64,000 nucleotides of DNA from Candidatus Aenigmatarchaeota archaeon (GTDB lineage Archaea > Aenigmatarchaeota > Aenigmatarchaeia > QMZP01 > QMZT01): positions 160,001 to 224,000 of the forward strand of contig CAVSBQ010000002.1 of assembly GCA_963726265.1 (NCBI GenBank), written 5' to 3'. A program made the translations under genes and the position numbers. The notes under the pieces are model-generated. The model was not told where the DNA came from. It searched no databases and worked only from the letters and a program-made list of their open reading frames with translations. Of this stretch, positions 62,017 through 64,000 are shown piece by piece. How positions within the stretch are numbered: position 1 is the stretch's first letter; each line of letters starts with the position of its first letter.

Positions 62017-64000
62017 TCAACTGCACTTGGAGTAGCCGCAGCTCAGGCATGTGTAGCAGCCTTCTGCGCAGTAGAGCTTAGCCTTGCAGACAGGGCAGTT
62101 CTCGTCGGATTCATCGAGCTCTTTCTTATCTTCCTCTGCCTTCACCATTTTCATCTTCTTTCTCTTTTCCTCGCCTATGTGTATAACCTGCACGGCCTTG
62201 CTCATGTCGCGGTATATCGTCACGCCTTTGCACTTCAGCTTGTGCGCGAGTATGTAGGCGTTCTCGACGTCCTTTATGCCCGCCTCGTTGCGCATGTTTA
62301 TCGTCTTGCTGACCGCGTTGTCCGTGAACTTCTGGAAGGCTGCCTGCATCTTTATGTGCCATTCGTAGTCGATGTCATGCGCGGTCTTGAACAGCTCCTT
62401 CGCTGACTTGGGGACGCCTTCTATGTCCTCGATGGAGCCGCTCTTCGAAATCTCGTGCATCAGCTCTTCCGTATAGAAGCCCTTGTCCCGCGCGTATTTT
62501 TCGAACATCCTGTTGACCTCGACCAGCTCGTCGCCGCTGAGGACGTTCTTCCTGACGAATGCGACGGCGAATAACGGCTCTATCCCGCTGGAGCAGTCGG
62601 AAATTATGCTTATCGTCCCCGTCGGCGCGATGGTCGTGACGGTCGCGTTTCTCATGTTTTTGTAGTCCTTCTCGTCCCACCTGCTGCCCTTGAAGTTGGG
62701 AAAACTCCCTCGTTCCTTGCCGAGCTCCACGGATTTGTCGCGGCCGGCCTCCGCTATTGACTTCATCACCTTCTCCCCGATCTTTAGCGCGTCCTCGGAA
62801 TCATAGCGTATGCCGAGCTTTATCAGCATGTCGGCGAAGCCCATGACGCCCAGGCCGATTTTCCTGTTGGCGTGCGTCATGAACTCTATCTGCTTTATCG
62901 GGTACGAGTTCGCGTCTATGACGTTGTCGAGGAAATGCACGCAGGACCTCGTAACCTTTTCCAGCTTTTCCCAGTCTATCTCGCTCTTGCCGTCCTTTTC
63001 CTTGACCATCTTGGAAAGGTTTATCGAGCCGAGATTGCAGGACTCGTAGGGCAAAAGTGGCTGTTCGCCGCATGGATTGGTCGCCTCTATCTGGCCTATG
63101 TGCGGGGTCTGGTTGAACTTGTTTATCTCGTCTATGAAGATTATGCCGGGGTCGCCGGTCTTCCAGGCCTGGTAGGTTATCATCTCCCAGACCTGGCGCG
63201 CGAACAGCTTCTTGAATGGCACGCCGGTCCTCGGGTTCAGCAGGTCGTATTCGCTTTCGTTTTCGAGCGCCTTCATGAACTTGTCCGTGATCGCGACGGA
63301 GATGTTGAAGTTCGTCAGCAGCCGGTTCTCGCTGTCCTTCGACGTTATGAAATCGAGCACGTCGGGATGGTCTATCCTCATTATACCCATGTTAGCACCA
63401 CGACGCCTCCCACCCTGTTTTATGACATCGGTCGCCACGTCGAACACACGCATGAAGGAAAGCGGTCCTGATGCGATGCCTTTCGTCGACTTGACCATGT
63501 CACCGTTCGGCCTGAGCTTCGAGAACGAGAATCCCGTCCCCCCTCCGCTCTGATGGATTATCGCGGTATATTTCAGCGAATCGAAAATGCTGTCAAGCGA
63601 GTCGCCTATGGGAAGCACGAAACATGCAGAAAGCTGACCCAGCTGAGCGCCCGCGTTCATGAGCGTCGGCGAGTTGGGCATGAACTCGAAGCTGGTCATC
63701 ATGGCATAGAATTCGTCCTCCCTTGCCTTCACCTCGCCCCACTTGTTCTTCAGTATCTCGAGCAGCTCGCTGAACGTGACCTTCATCTGCTTTCTCAGAT
63801 TCAGCCTCTGATACGCCCTGTGCAGCATTTTGACGTTGTGCATGGTCAGGCCGATTTCCTGCGCCTTTTTGGGCAGGCCGTCCAGCTCGGGCAGGTCTCT
63901 TATCCTCTGCTCCTTGCCCTTGTCGAAAACCAGATCATGATAAAGCATGTCTATCAGCGAGATATGGCGCGCGACGCGCCTGAACAGCTCGCCCGTCGAT
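62017..64000 (-). CDS. nrdJ: Adenosylcobalamin-dependent (class II) ribonucleotide reductase; 5' end lies outside the window
   Basis: PNSPTLMNAG, LSACFV, GGGTG, TNPCGEQ, CNLGS, TIAPTG motifs and C-terminal CxxC pairs. Confidence 0.93.
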   Translation of the reverse strand, partial: STGELFRRVARHISLIDMLYHDLVFDKGKEQRIRDLPELDGLPKKAQEIGLTMHNVKMLHRAYQRLNLRKQMKVTFSELLEILKNKWGEVKAREDEFYAMMTSFEFMPNSPTLMNAGAQLGQLSACFVLPIGDSLDSIFDSLKYTAIIHQSGGGTGFSFSKLRPNGDMVKSTKGIASGPLSFMRVFDVATDVIKQGGRRRGANMGIMRIDHPDVLDFITSKDSENRLLTNFNISVAITDKFMKALENESEYDLLNPRTGVPFKKLFARQVWEMITYQAWKTGDPGIIFIDEINKFNQTPHIGQIEATNPCGEQPLLPYESCNLGSINLSKMVKEKDGKSEIDWEKLEKVTRSCVHFLDNVIDANSYPIKQIEFMTHANRKIGLGVMGFADMLIKLGIRYDSEDALKIGEKVMKSIAEAGRDKSVELGKERGSFPNFKGSRWDEKDYKNMRNATVTTIAPTGTISIISDCSSGIEPLFAVAFVRKNVLSGDELVEVNRMFEKYARDKGFYTEELMHEISKSGSIEDIEGVPKSAKELFKTAHDIDYEWHIKMQAAFQKFTDNAVSKTINMRNEAGIKDVENAYILAHKLKCKGVTIYRDMSKAVQVIHIGEEKRKKMKMVKAEEDKKELDESDENCPVCKAKLYCAEGCYTCLSCGYSKCS

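Overview
Archaeal chromosomal window, probably from a DPANN-type lineage. That placement is an inference from the archaeal PolB, MCM, RpoN and Taw1 genes, a three-unit epsilon-2-like tRNA splicing endonuclease and Cys-rich surface proteins. Most of the window is housekeeping and amino-acid catabolism: gyrB/gyrA, polB, transketolase, iorAB, kbl/tdh, lysine 6-aminotransferase, mcm, sufS/iscS and nrdJ-cobO-dcd. Main highlights: (1) A compact diversity-generating retroelement at 48607-50697, comprising an RT, a 90-nt template repeat and a target gene whose VR differs only at adenines plus two 3-nt deletions. It has no avd gene in the cassette and sits beside an HTH-MNT/HEPN pair. (2) Five tRNA genes, four of them intron-containing, including a tRNA-Pro with two D-loop introns around a 6-nt exon. 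(3) A ~4.1-kb integrase-less island at tRNA-Ser bounded by a 12-bp direct repeat and carrying an interrupted type IIG R-M gene plus three small ORFs. (4) A LAGLIDADG intein in a PurD-like ATP-grasp enzyme. Single-base frameshifts in gyrA, iscS and dcd suggest sequencing or assembly errors, so pseudogene calls are tentative. All calls come from reading motifs by eye; no database searches were run.
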